Shown piece by piece: positions 12,593 through 24,239 of a DNA stretch of 64,000 bases (position 1 is the stretch's first letter; every line of letters begins with the position of its first letter). Both the position numbers and the translations under genes were made by a program. Origin of the DNA: Antedon mediterranea (taxonomy: Eukaryota > Animalia > Echinodermata); the NCBI RefSeq assembly GCF_964355755.1, contig NC_092674.1, forward strand, positions 12,400,001-12,464,000. Reading direction: 5' to 3'. The notes beneath the pieces were generated by a model. It was given only the letters and a program-made list of their open reading frames with translations, made no database searches and had not been told where the DNA came from.

Positions 12593-15500
12593 ATGGCTTT
12601 TATATCGTAATTTATATATTTTATGTACTGTATCCATGTCATATTTGTATGTACTGTATTTTGAAAAGGCCAACAGAGTTTCTCCATGGGGATAATAAAG
12701 TTTTAATTGAATTGATTGAATTGAATTGATCACTATTATATTTGGTACATCACACTTTTTTGCCAAGCTAGTTTGATAGTGTAGACAGTAGTTGTATATG
12801 CTTTTTTGACATTACATACTATATATTTTTTTAATAACTTTTTTAACTTATTCTAAATGTTTTATGGTCTTTTTTTCCTTTTCAAATTATGTATTTTTTT
12901 TCAACTTTATTTATAGAGGTAACCCTTCCAGCTGAACCCGCAGGCCAGCTGATATTCAGGGGCCCTCTTAAAAATGACACAATATATAAAACTATACTTA
13001 ACTAATACGAATCTATATACATTTACATTTACAACAATTATATAAAAAAATAATTATCAAAAAAAAAAAAATTCAATTAGACAATTACGATAATATGTGT
13101 TTTTTTAAATTAAATTTAAACGAGTTAATATTGGTACATTCTTTTAAATCAGAAGGTAATACATTATATAAAATACTAGCAGAATAAATAAAAGAGCGCC
13201 GGAAACAGTCCAATTTAACTTTGGGTACTAGTAAGTCTCCCCTGGAAGCAGCCCTAGTCCTCATAGAGCGTATCGGAACAGTGGAAAATCGTTGGGTGAT
13301 GTATCGAGGGGCAATATTGTTCATAGCTTTAAAAGCTAGGCAGCCTACCTGGTATTGCACCCTCTGTGACACATTCATGATATGTAGAGATGTTAGAAGA
13401 AGGTGAGTGCTGGTGCGAGGCGGAGAATGAAGAACTACGCGCATAGCGCGATTTTGAAGTTTTTAAATCTTATTAATGTTTGTTTTACTTCCGGTGCCCC
13501 AGAGAAGAGCACCGTAGTCTATGTGTAGACAAATTAATGCGTTGTAAAATAAATGTGCTGTACGTTTGTCAAGATATTTTCTAATTCGTGCAAGTGTGTG
13601 GATTTTGAAAGAAAGTGTAGAGCTCAACTTACTGACATGGGTATGCCAGTTAAGTTGATTGCCAGTGTGTTTGTGGTTAGTTACTACTTTGATCGGTTGT
13701 GCAGCAATCGATACATCTATTGTTTTGTGTTTAAGCCGCTGAAGGACGCCAATTAACATCGCCTCAGTTTTGTCAGTGTGTAATGATAATCGGTAAGAGG
13801 TGAGCCATGTGTTAATTAGTGAGAGATCAGAGTTGATGTTTCTGTTAATTATTATGTATGTTAGAGTGCGAATAATATAGGGTGTAATCATCAGCATAAA
13901 GATCAAGAGTACCATGTTCTAGAACAGTGGCAAGATCACTGATGTAAATTGTGAATAATAAGGGTCCAAGAATGGACCCCTGAGGTATACCGTGTGTTAT
14001 GGTGAGAAAATTAGAATAGGTGTTTTTGAATTTAACTGTTTGTGTGCGGTTATTTAAATATGATGTAAACCACTCGATGCCAGATGAGGATACACCACAC
14101 CGAGTCAGTTTTCTAAGCATGATTTTGTGGTTGACCGTGTCAAAAGCTTTTCTTAAATCTATGAAAACTGGCCCGGTGAGGCGACCCCCATTCATAGCAT
14201 CGAGCCAGATGTCACATGTGTTAGTAAGTGCTGTAGTGGTAGAGAAGTGTTTCCTAAAGCCTGATTGGTTATCTGAGAGAATGTTCTGTGCTGTAAGATA
14301 GTCATAGAGTTGGATATGAGCAGCGCGTTTGATGATTTTAGAGAGGATCGGTAAAACGGATATAGGTCGATAATTGTTGAGTTCGTCCTTGGTCCCACTT
14401 TTATATATAGGAACAACGTTGGCGATTTTAAGGTCATTTGGAAAAATACCAGATGAAAGTGAAAGATTACAGATATATGTCACAGAAGGCGCAATAACAG
14501 GGGCTGCCAACTCGAGCAATTTGTTAGGGTAACAATTTACTCCAAGTGACGTTCCGCAGTTCAATCGACTAAGTTGCTCCAGGACAGACTCACAAGATAC
14601 CCTCTGAAAATCAAATTGAGAATCAAATAAAGGTAAGTAAGATCATGTATCAACATTATTAGCTGCAAGTGCATTGTCAAGATGAGTAGCTATATTTACA
14701 AAATAATCATTATATGCATTACTAATTTCATTTTCATTACAAGAAGAATGACCATTGATCCTAACAGAAGATGGCAACCAGTTAGACTTTGATGAGATCA
14801 AATGTTTCATTCCTTTCCACATCTTGCTGGTGTCATTTGCAGATTCAATTAAAAAGTTCCTATAATAATTAACTTTTGACTTTCTACACATTTTATTAAT
14901 CTGATTTCTAATTTTTTTAATTTTTAACCGTAGTTCAGCTTGAGCGCTTGGGTTTGCATTTGACTTTAATCTATCACGTTCGTGCATCAGAATAAATATG
15001 TCATCACGACCTTTTAACCACAAGGGCAAAGTTTTTTTTTAACGTTTCGTTTTTTCTGGAGCATGGACATTAATTACTCCACCAAGGAAATTGAGAAGAA
15101 CTTTTAAACAGACGTTCACGTCATCAAGTTGAGGAATTATGTTCCAAGGTAGTTTTTTTCAGGTCATTAATGAAGTTATCTTCATTGAAATTTCAGAAGT
15201 CCCTGAAGGTCCGCTGATCATGTTCATTCTTGGGGGGTTTGATACGTATTGATGTAAAAGTAAAGTTATGGTCACTTATGTCTGACAACAACGTTGCATT
15301 GTTGTCGTGTAATTCCTTGTTGGTTGTGAGTATAACATCAATTAACGTTTGAGAGTCTCTGGTCGTACGCGTTGCATTCGGGATAATCTGTGTCAGATTG
15401 AATAAGTCCATGATATGGATGAGACTGTTTCTATTCGTGTGTGGTTTCAGCATGTCCACATTAAGATCGCCTAACATGATAACATCCTTGGAATCACAAT

Positions 15501-15595
15501 AGTCTTCCAGGAAACTCTCAAGATGAGTAAAATATATCGCAGGTGAGTTTGGGGGTCTGTAGACAACTGATGCCCGTATTACGACTGAAGCCACA

Positions 15596-17826
15596 TGAAT
15601 AGCCTTCAAGGTGCGAACTTATCTGATTACACCATGCACGCCAAATGCAGATCTGATAATGGACGTCGAGGTGGTGGTGTAGCCTTTTATACACATAATG
15701 AAGTTAATATTAAAGTAAGTGATGTTTCTATGGATATCCATGATAATTGTGAATTTGAATGTTTGTGGAGAAAATTTGACTTCCGTAGTGTTGGTGTAGC
15801 AATTAAAACTATGTTCGTTGGCGTCATTTATTACCCTCCCAATTCGGCTAATGCCACTGAGCTTCTCAGTCACATTACGAGTACCGTTTATAGCATTATA
15901 ACTAGTAATTTTCCAGCAGGAATTATGGTATGTGGTGATTTCAATGATCTCAATACTTCAGAATTGGAGTCTAAGTTGTTTTTGAAACAGGTGGTTAACT
16001 TTCCTACTAGACAAATTGCGCACCTCGATAATATATTTGTTAACATTCCTAATATGTTTACTGAAGCTATGGAACTACCACCAGTTGGTCGAAGTGACCA
16101 TTGTTGTATTTTGTTGGAACCATCAACCAATCTTGCAGATGTAAATCACAAGCCAGCACATTTGCTGTTTCGTCCACTAAGAGACTCCTCGATCAGATCA
16201 TTTGGACAATGGATGTCTTTGCATAATTGGAATCATCTTAGTGCTTATGAAAACTCTTCAGATTTTTGGGAAATGTTTAATCAGTAGCTCAACAGTGCTT
16301 TTGAAAAGCATTTTCCTCAAATTTTCACTAACAAGAGATTGAATGACAAGCCCTGGTTTACAACTAATTTTAGAAGATTAATTTTGAAACGCCAGGTGGC
16401 TTACCGAAATGGACAGGATATCCAGTGGAAAAACTTACGTTGTAAGGTACAGCAGGAAGTCAAACGAGCGAAGGCTTCATTCTATGAAAGTCTATTGCTA
16501 CCTTCAAAGTGAACCAACCTGTAAAATGGCACCGCAGTGTCCAGAAGATCTGTAATATGAGGAAGAAATCAAGTCGTATTCCTGACTCGGATGTTGACCC
16601 TATAAACACCATTGAATGCATCAATAGCCATTTTGCACTTGTATGTAATCAGCTTCCGGCTTTGAATATCAACAAGCTACCAGCCTTCCTCCCAGCAAGT
16701 GAACCACCAGTTATACATGCATGGGAAGTTCGTAAGGCTTTGAATAAATTGAACTGTAATAAATCAAGCCACTCATCAGACTTACCAATTAAAATAATGA
16801 AGGAATTTGCTATTGAACTTGCTAACCCGCTAACTAAATTATTTAATACGTGTCTCAATGAGGGACACTTTCCACGTCAGTGGAAAACTGCTTCAATATT
16901 TCCAGTTCCAAAACAAAACAAGATCCGCTCTTTTGATGATCTTCGTCCAATATCATTGACGCCGGTCTTTGCTATGATTTTTGAGGCATTTATTGCCAAA
17001 TGGATTATTGAGGATATTGATAATAAATTAGACACTAAGCAGTATGGTAATACTAAAGGTTCATCTACTATACATTATCTTGTTATTGTTGGATATGTTA
17101 AATTATGTTTATGAAAGTCTTGACAAGCCCAAACAATCAGTTGAACTCTGTACAATTGATTTTACTAAGGCCTTTGATAGAGTTAATCATACAATCATTA
17201 TAGATAAATTAATTAAACTTGGAGTTAGGTCTTCCATTGTTTCCATCGTCTGCAGCTTTCTGTGTGAAAGAACTCGTACTACCAAACTTGGCACGCACAT
17301 TTCTTCCACCAAATCAATCTCTTGTCGGGTACCACAGGGAACCAAACTGGGACCCATACTATTCTTGGTTCTAGTAAACGATGCTGCCATTGAAAGTAGT
17401 AGGCGTTGGAAATTTGTGGATGACCTGACTCTAGAGGAAGTAACCAAATATGGTGCTTCCTCTAACTTACAAAGTGTCCTTAATAGTATCAGTGAGTGGT
17501 GTGCATCTAATGATGTTCTACCTAAACCAGCTAAATGCCAAGTAATTAAAATTAACTTGTTAAAGCAACGGCAGCTTAATTTAGTATACACTATTGATAA
17601 TTATAATCTTCTAATAGTTAGTAAGTTAAAACTGCTTGTTGTAATAATCCAAAATGACCTCAAATGGGGTTCAAATGTTAATGATATAACATCAAGAGCC
17701 TCGCGTAGACTATTCTCACTATGTATCCTGAAAAGGTCTAGTGCACCAGTCAGTGACCTGGTTAAAGTATTTACATCATATATCAGACCTGTGCTGGAAT
17801 ATGCCTGCCAGGTTTGGCATTCACGA
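15596..17826 (+). mobile_element. Second CR1/L2-clade LINE fragment (EN and RT), opposite orientation, nested
   Basis: Motifs: RRGGGVAFY, YYPP, CGDFND, GRSDH, LRPISLTP, IDFTKAFDRVNH, VPQGTKLGP, KFVDD, RPVLEYACQVWH. Confidence 0.9.
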
Positions 17827-18060
17827 TGCCTTAACAGTCGGAGTTGATCGATTTTGTCCGTTAAACTATTTATATTGATGTGCGCAATTCGTAATCCCTT
17901 ACATTGATTTATAAAATCAAACGTTGAGGATCTCCGGCTGCCACCTGCTTTCAAATCAAGCTGTGTATTCCCTCGAAGTACTTGAGCTTGATTGTTGTTG
18001 TTTGGTATGGTATTCGTTCCGGGTAGATGATTACTATTTCCGTAATGTCTGCCATTTTGG

Positions 18061-18087
18061 TGGACCAGGGTTTAATTCAATATCTCC
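18061..18087 (-). other. 2A-like ribosomal-skipping (StopGo) motif GDIELNPGP
   Basis: Exact D(V/I)ExNPGP consensus, preceded by SELCMC and located upstream of the LINE endonuclease. Confidence 0.85.
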
Positions 18088-18655
18088 ACACATACATAAT
18101 TCTGACATGTTAAATGTACTTTGAGAGTTATGATAGTATCGGATGGGCGCATTGAAAAATTTGCGTTTGAAAGTCCCGCTATACGTATTCATACGCTTCA
18201 GATCGTGTAGAGCATTATACGTATCCGGCCTTGCTGTCGCCTGCGACAACTCGACGTAGGAGAGCGACGATAATGAAATTGATATAGGCTTACCGATAAA
18301 ATCACTGTCGTATGTCCAATTTAATCCATTAAAACGGTCATTGTTCGCCAATCCATAAACAATATCATAATCATACTTCTTGTATCGGTAGGATTCATAA
18401 TATATGAACCCAGATACAGCAATTAATGAAAGTAATAATAGAGTATAAAGACTCATCGTGTTAACATGCATACAATAAAGTTATCTTGAATCTTAAGATC
18501 TTTACTCAGTATCATAATCCAGTATGCTCAATTGGATTGCAATAGAGATTTTTGTATTTATTGATCAAGTTTAAGAATTCTTTACCATGCTAACCTACTA
18601 AAATATTGTGATAATACATAACATATTGTACGGTTTATAAAACAAATATTCTTAC

Positions 18656-18793
18656 TTCTTCTTCTTTCTGATCAACTTTCCATTCCTGTTTTGATACTGT
18701 TACAGAAATTGTCATGTCCTTATACATAGATAGTATACCTACAGGTGCTATTAAAGGCTTCTCACCGATTTCTCTGTGGTCTTCTTTTACCTT
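18656..18793 (-). CDS. Exon of ANK-ZU5-UPA gene: UPA-like segment (KVKEDHREIGEKPLIAPVGILSMYKDMTISVTVSKQEWKVDQKEEE)
   Basis: TTTCAG acceptor, GTAAG donor, 138 nt open, phase 0-0, in frame with the ZU5 exon. It resembles the segment that follows ZU5 in UNC5-like proteins. Confidence 0.75.
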
Positions 18794-19249
18794 CTGAAAT
18801 AGGAATATGTACTGTTATTTGTGACTGTGTACATATTTGTTTTTTAACTACAGTATCTGAGGGAAGAGTACAGTGCATTCATCATGTTCACTTCTAAAAT
18901 AATTTTAACTGTAAATAGTTTAGGGAAATTTTGAATTTTCTGCCATAAATGTTAATTAATGTGTTATTATACGTTAGCTCAAATCTAGTGAGTGTCAATC
19001 CACAGGTATGAAGTAAGATGCATTTTTTCATACTGTACAAAAAGAGAATAAATATTATGCCAAGTTAACAAATTTAAAATAATATTATTATTGACCAAAT
19101 AAGATAAGAAGTAATAGTAACTTATTCAATCTTTCTAGAAACTGTGGCAGAGCAACTTTATATTATATCTATATTCTGAACAGTTAATTGATTGTAAGTA
19201 AAATAAGAACTACATTATTCAAATACAGTTTAAAAATTATAGTAATTAC

Positions 19250-19782
19250 CTTTACATCTGACGGCTTAAAAAGTCTTGTTTGAAGTTGATATTCATCATT
19301 TGCAAGCATCTTTCCAAAAACTCCTAACAACATTCTTTTCCTACCACGAAAGAAATTTCTTAGATGACCCATTAGTGCATACCAACAGAAATGATTTAAA
19401 GTTACATAACAATGACTGTTGTTTACAGTAAACTGTACATCCTTTTCATCACTTTTCAATGTTATTTGTTTCCATTCATCTTCAATGCGATCTTTAACAA
19501 GTAGAGTGAATTCCCAAAACTCTACATTTACAGCATCGTGTTGAAATGACAATGAAATGGGCTTGTTAAAGCTGGTGCCCTCTGGTCCACATTTAACAAT
19601 AGGTGATATAATGGTTTCACGAGGATGAGATACAGGCATGTCTGTTTCCTCAAAACAATTTTCTAGCGATATTTTAACTTTCTTCCCTTCAATTGCTTCA
19701 GAATGTATCTCCAACTTTATGTCTTCATCCTTAAGATGAAGCACTCCACCAGAAGATCCCACAACTATCTCCATAACTTGAT
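19250..19782 (-). CDS. Exon: ZU5 domain and start of UPA
   Basis: CTGCAG acceptor, AAG|GTAATT donor, 533 nt, phase 1-0. Motifs: GSSGGVL, LEIHSEAI, IISPIVKCGPEGTSFNKPISLSFQH, LNHFCWYALMG. Confidence 0.9.
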
Positions 19783-20427
19783 CTGCAGAACAGAAATACT
19801 CAATTCTATTGTAGATATTTACACAGTGTTTTAAAATTATGTTTATACTTTTTACTTTCTAGATTAACGTTAATGATTAACGTTAAATATATATTTAATA
19901 AGATTAATAAATTGATTAAATAGAACTTATGACTCTCCACATTCCAAATTAATTAGTGTTCCATGACCTTCTCATCAAAATTAACGTCACTCATTGTTGT
20001 GCTATGTCAACATAATGTCAATGACGGCGAAATGTCCCCAATAATGGGATAGCTATGCAAACAAGTAACAAGTAACATGATTGAACTACTTTTCATTGTA
20101 TTTATATGCAATTATATTTATTAAAAAACTGGTTTTATGTTTTTTATGAGACTTCTCCAATGGTGCCCACATTGAACAACATGATCTTATTGTAAATGGT
20201 TCCATAACATTCTCCAGCTGTCTAAGGTCTGTCTGATGGAACTCTAAGCAGTATAGTATCATCTGATGATCAAAGTGAGCAAGCTGGTTGATACAATATA
20301 AGATTTGACTCAAATAATAATTTTGAGCAATATTTTGTCATGATTTGAATGTGGTTAGGAGTAATTCATATTGAATCTAGAAGAGATCTATGAATTGAAA
20401 GTTCGTTTTAATCATTGGTGGTTCGTC

Positions 20428-20450
20428 CAGGGAAGAGTTAATCTTCCCTG
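20428..20450. repeat. 23-bp palindrome with 7-bp TSD (P-element-like footprint or micro-MITE)
   Basis: GTTCGTC-CAGGGAAGA-GTTAA-TCTTCCCTG-GTTCGTC. Confidence 0.6.
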
Positions 20451-20791
20451 GTTCGTCCTATAATCACCTATTGATTTTGTATGGAATCTCTTTTTTATTA
20501 TTATTTTTATTAGACTATCGGTTGTTTTTTAAGTATCAGAAACTTGCATTAATAACAATCATTGGCTAAGCATTTACTTATATTGTTATTTATTTTACTT
20601 TAACAAAAATTAAACAAGTAAAAACAAGACAATGTGAAACTAAACCTATTTTAGATAATAAGTAGTGTTTCACTTTTAGTTTTGTGATATTTAAGCTGGG
20701 CAATACACATACTGTTTCAATATTAGTTGTCAGTTGATATACACATATTTACAGCCTACCTGTTAGCCTACTTTGCATGCTATAAACTTAC

Positions 20792-20894
20792 CTTTCAATA
20801 TTTCAATTATCTCGGCTTTTTGACCTGCCCTTAATTCGTCGTCATATTTCTCACACGCATTTTCATTGTACAAATCTATTACAGATTTGCCATA
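20792..20894 (-). CDS. Exon: ankyrin C-cap/linker (YGKSVIDLYNENACEKYDDELRAGQKAEIIEILK)
   Basis: ATACAG acceptor, G|GTAAGT donor, 103 nt, phase 0-1. Its terminal G plus AT from the ZU5 exon makes an in-frame Asp codon. Confidence 0.85.
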
Positions 20895-21282
20895 CTGTAT
20901 AAATCAAAAATGAATATTTGATTTGATGAAGACATTTTATTTATGTTTTTTTATTTATTTTTTTTTACATTATTAATCAAAATAGGAATCGAGTCATACT
21001 GATACTGATTCTAATGTATTCTAAAAAACAGAAGACCACGTTCTGTAATAATTTCTGAACGCTTTGTTACATCTTCTAATTTGGTATATAAATATAATTT
21101 TCAATCGATTATACAAATTATTATGACAATTTTTAATATTGTTATTATTTTTATATTTGTAATTTATTTGCATTAATTATTACATTAGGCCTCCATATAA
21201 CAAAAACTGTATACACAATTTAACAAAAACAAATTGTCATTTTACTATTACGTAACGTTATTTGATTTAACATTAAACCAAC

Positions 21283-21405
21283 CTTATCTTCTTTTGAAAC
21301 GTAAGATTTACCAGAACATTCCTTCATTAGATACACAATGATGGCTATGTGTTCGCTGTACGTGAGATCTTGTGTGACACATACATGCAGAAGTGTGCGT
21401 TTGTT
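21283..21405 (-). CDS. Exon: divergent ankyrin repeat (NKRTLLHVCVTQDLTYSEHIAIIVYLMKECSGKSYVSKEDK)
   Basis: TACTAG acceptor, AAG|GTTGGT donor, 123 nt open, phase 0-0, with a TLLH...IIVYL...DK ankyrin pattern. Confidence 0.8.
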
Positions 21406-21654
21406 CTAGTAAATAATATATTATATTTTGTATAAAATATTATAAGTTTGATCTATATTAATGATTAAAATAAGTAACTTGTATCTTTGTCACATTAATA
21501 ACACACAATGACGTCAAATATGTGTTGTTGTCGATTTCCTCCTGCTATGAACGCAGTACGTTTTTAGCAGGAATTATTAAAAAAGTGTAGATAGATCTTT
21601 CTTTAGATATTTATATTCATAATGTTTACATGATTAATGTGATAAACACCATTA

Positions 21655-22785
21655 CCTGTCTACTCAATGTACCCCTTTCTGTTCATACAACTTTAGGCCT
21701 TCGGTTTTTTAAATTCACTATCAGATTGCAATCAACATATGGCTCATTTGCCTGTTGTAGAGTACCTATTGAGAAGACGCGTGTTACTCTTGTACTAACA
21801 TAGCGATTGGGGTGAACCACGTCTGGTTTATGTACCTTGTTATAAATTGTCACGCTGTTTTCTTATGTACCGGTATGGTAGGCGCTGTATCGCATACTAT
21901 GTAAAGCCTGGTTTCCTGTCGACGTAAGAACATCACTTTTGTTGCGACTACGTCGATTTGTCGTAAGAAATGCGGTATTTTCAGGAAACCGATTACGATC
22001 GAAAATTTATAAAATCGATGCAACGTAAGAAAAATGGTAACGACAAACGATTTTACAGGAAACCGATGACCTAACAATTGTTGCGTTACGACGTTTTCTT
22101 CCGATTTACAGGAAACCGGAATTTTTTATCTTACGCTTGAATGAACGCTCTTGCGTCACGTTTCTTACGTCTTTTACGAAAGTTGACTTGAAGTCAACTT
22201 TCGCAAGAGACGTAAGCGCAATCGTAACAATTTTTAACGCGAATTCAAATTGCTTTACCAACAGCAATACAACTTACTATTTATTTGATTTTACAACGAT
22301 TACAAACATAGTCCAACATCGTTACATGCGTTCTTACGGTAAAGGTTCCTTAGAAATAATATTGCATTATAATCGATGTCTTCAGCCGTTTTTTATACAG
22401 TACGATGAAGTTTGCTGTTAAAAAAAGCGATACTGCATGCAGATGTTCATGACATGATAGCGTAGGCCTACATGTATCGAGTGATACAGTATCATTATTA
22501 TTGCATTTGTTATGTTCTGAAACACGCAGAGATTAGGCTTGTATTTATACACTGAGCTTTACAACTTATTTTTTGTCTTAAACTTAAAGAAACATCTTTT
22601 CAAGCTTCTGTTGCATTCGTTACAATAAACCTCAGTAAGATGCATTCTCACTTCGTACATGCAATATTTAGATTTTATAGTTTATTAGATCGGCTTTAGA
22701 TTGAGCTAGGTGCCACCCGGAAAGAACACTAATGATACAATGTTTTCTTAGGTCCTTACATGTGTATGAACAGAAAGGTTACAGG
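21655..22785. mobile_element. Old TIR element with TA flanks, probably containing further repeats
   Basis: TA|CCTGT..CCTTTCTGTTCATACA is inverted to TGTATGAACAGAAAGG..ACAGG|TA. Confidence 0.45.
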
Positions 22786-23058
22786 TAAACGCACATGTTG
22801 GGGTGGGTTGGGGTGATTATCCAAAATGAAGGGCAAAATAGTAAAAAAAAATACATTGTTGTCAGTAAGTACTGCCTTGAAACAGAAATGAGACCATTAA
22901 TATGGTCACATACCCTCTATGGACTACCATCCCGCACATTTGCATAACGATACCATGTTTAAATTTAGTATGTGACCACCATTGAAGCAAAATTAAACGA
23001 AGTGGTTTGTAATAACACATATGACACTAAATATTACCGTATTGTGTAAATGACTTAC

Positions 23059-23157
23059 GTGGTTTAAATGATTTACGTCTGCTCCAACTTTGATGAGATA
23101 CGTACATGTACGCACGTGACCCATATCTGCAGCACACAAAAGAGGTGTATTCCCGTC
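23059..23157 (-). CDS. Ankyrin-repeat exon (DGNTPLLCAADMGHVRTCTYLIKVGADVNHLNH)
   Basis: 99 nt, TTTCAG acceptor, GTAAGT donor, phase 0-0, ankyrin consensus. Confidence 0.92.
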
Positions 23158-24239
23158 CTGAAAACAAGTTTATAATACTTCATATACAACATATTACAGG
23201 TTGCTGGTAGAAGATGCAATACTGCGATTTACACGCGATTCGCAGATAATTACCATAATAAGCACAGTTGTATTCTTATATGTTATATGCCTAATCTTGT
23301 CTAGTTTTGCTAACGTGTACCGGGAATAGTGGAGATATACATAATTAAACTATTAAAATGTAAAAACATTGCTTAAGATTCGTTAGCGCAAAGGCTGTTT
23401 ATGTTATTTATATTTAGCTAGCTTATAATGATGCATAACTTTAGTTAGAAATATAAATACAATAAAAAACATGAAAGACATGAAGCACTCGGGAATTACC
23501 AATCGTGATCTTAGAAATGATATGAATACTGTCTCTATGCTGATATTTGAAGTAATCTTTTCTTTTCTTTAATTCTATGGATTTTAACACACGGAGTCTC
23601 TGCAATCAAACATTTTACCTGATCAAACAAGTAAAATTATTTGCCAAAAAGACTACTAAGAAAATAGAAACTACTACTGATCAATGATCGGAGTATGTTT
23701 GTTTATTTTGCAGAAACCAGATATCATTTAATTTGCATCAGCTTAAAATTATTGTTTACTTGACAAAAATTACCATATTAACAATATCATCTTGGAATTA
23801 GCCGAATTAATTGTTTTATAATCAAATGCGCAATCGTTTTGTGTTCTGGCGGCTAAATTCCTGGAACATTAATTATAGGCGCTGTTTTTGCGACGGATTG
23901 ATATCAATTCTACTCCAGGCCACTGGATCACTTACTAATAATAATGTATTCCAATTAATCCTATGTTTGTCATAACATTGAACTTTGATTGTACTGGTTG
24001 GAATATTTGATCAGTATTAATTAGTCATTTCTAGCCTTCAATCCATTAGTTACACTGGAAACTCCTGATCCCAAGGATGCGATGTAAATCTACTCAACAA
24101 TGTTGAATAGCAAGAGAGGAGTCATTGGTCGTCTAATTCACTTGCTATTGTTGGTCTTTTTAACAACATTTTTGGTTTTGACGAGGTAACATTTACTGTA
24201 TAGTCAGAGTGCCAATATAAGTATTATTGTTTCAGATTT

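Larger units (their letters stand above)
3642..12728 (+). mobile_element. Rex1/Babar-like LINE (endonuclease and RT), degenerate and interrupted
   Basis: EN motifs: ETWL, GGVCAYV, MRPYYLPREI, MGDFNS, LGKSDHNMI, FECTNW, KPWV. RT motifs: ARILFVDFSSAFNNIQP, GVPQG, KYADD, LNVNKTKEMVFDF, KYLG. (TTGAA)n tail at about 12706-12728. The flanks ATCACTATCATATTTGG (3625-3641) and ATCACTATTATATTTGG (12729-12745) are a near-perfect duplication. Confidence 0.85.
3530..12788. mobile_element. Harbinger-like MITE split in two (3530-3641 and 12729-12788) by a LINE
   Basis: TAA|GGCTCTGTCTACATTATCCAACT at 3530 is inverted to AGTTTGATAGTGTAGACAG at about 12770-12788. A related uninterrupted internal segment lies at about 27680-27775. 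Confidence 0.65.
12900..18471 (-). mobile_element. CR1/L2-clade LINE ORF2 (2A peptide, EN, RT) with 3' stem-loop; degenerate and interrupted
   Basis: Motifs in order: GDIELNPGP, HININSL, VYRPPNS, LGDLNVD, ISDH, NYRPISVLP, FIDLRKAFDTVNH, GIPQGSILGPLLF, LYADD, RSFIYS..LYNVLP. A 3' hairpin (CAGCTG...CAGCTG with GGCCC) lies at about 12915-12967. Confidence 0.9.

Noticed and set aside
18480-18600. Possible next exon of the ZU5-UPA gene
   Set aside because: The intron would be only about 60 nt, and phase-0 reading from the candidate acceptors hits a stop within eight codons.
19184-19774. Naming the gene UNC5, ANK or PIDD1
   Set aside because: There are no Ig/TSP/TM or LRR exons and only one ZU5. 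The architecture matches none of these genes, so no symbol is assigned.
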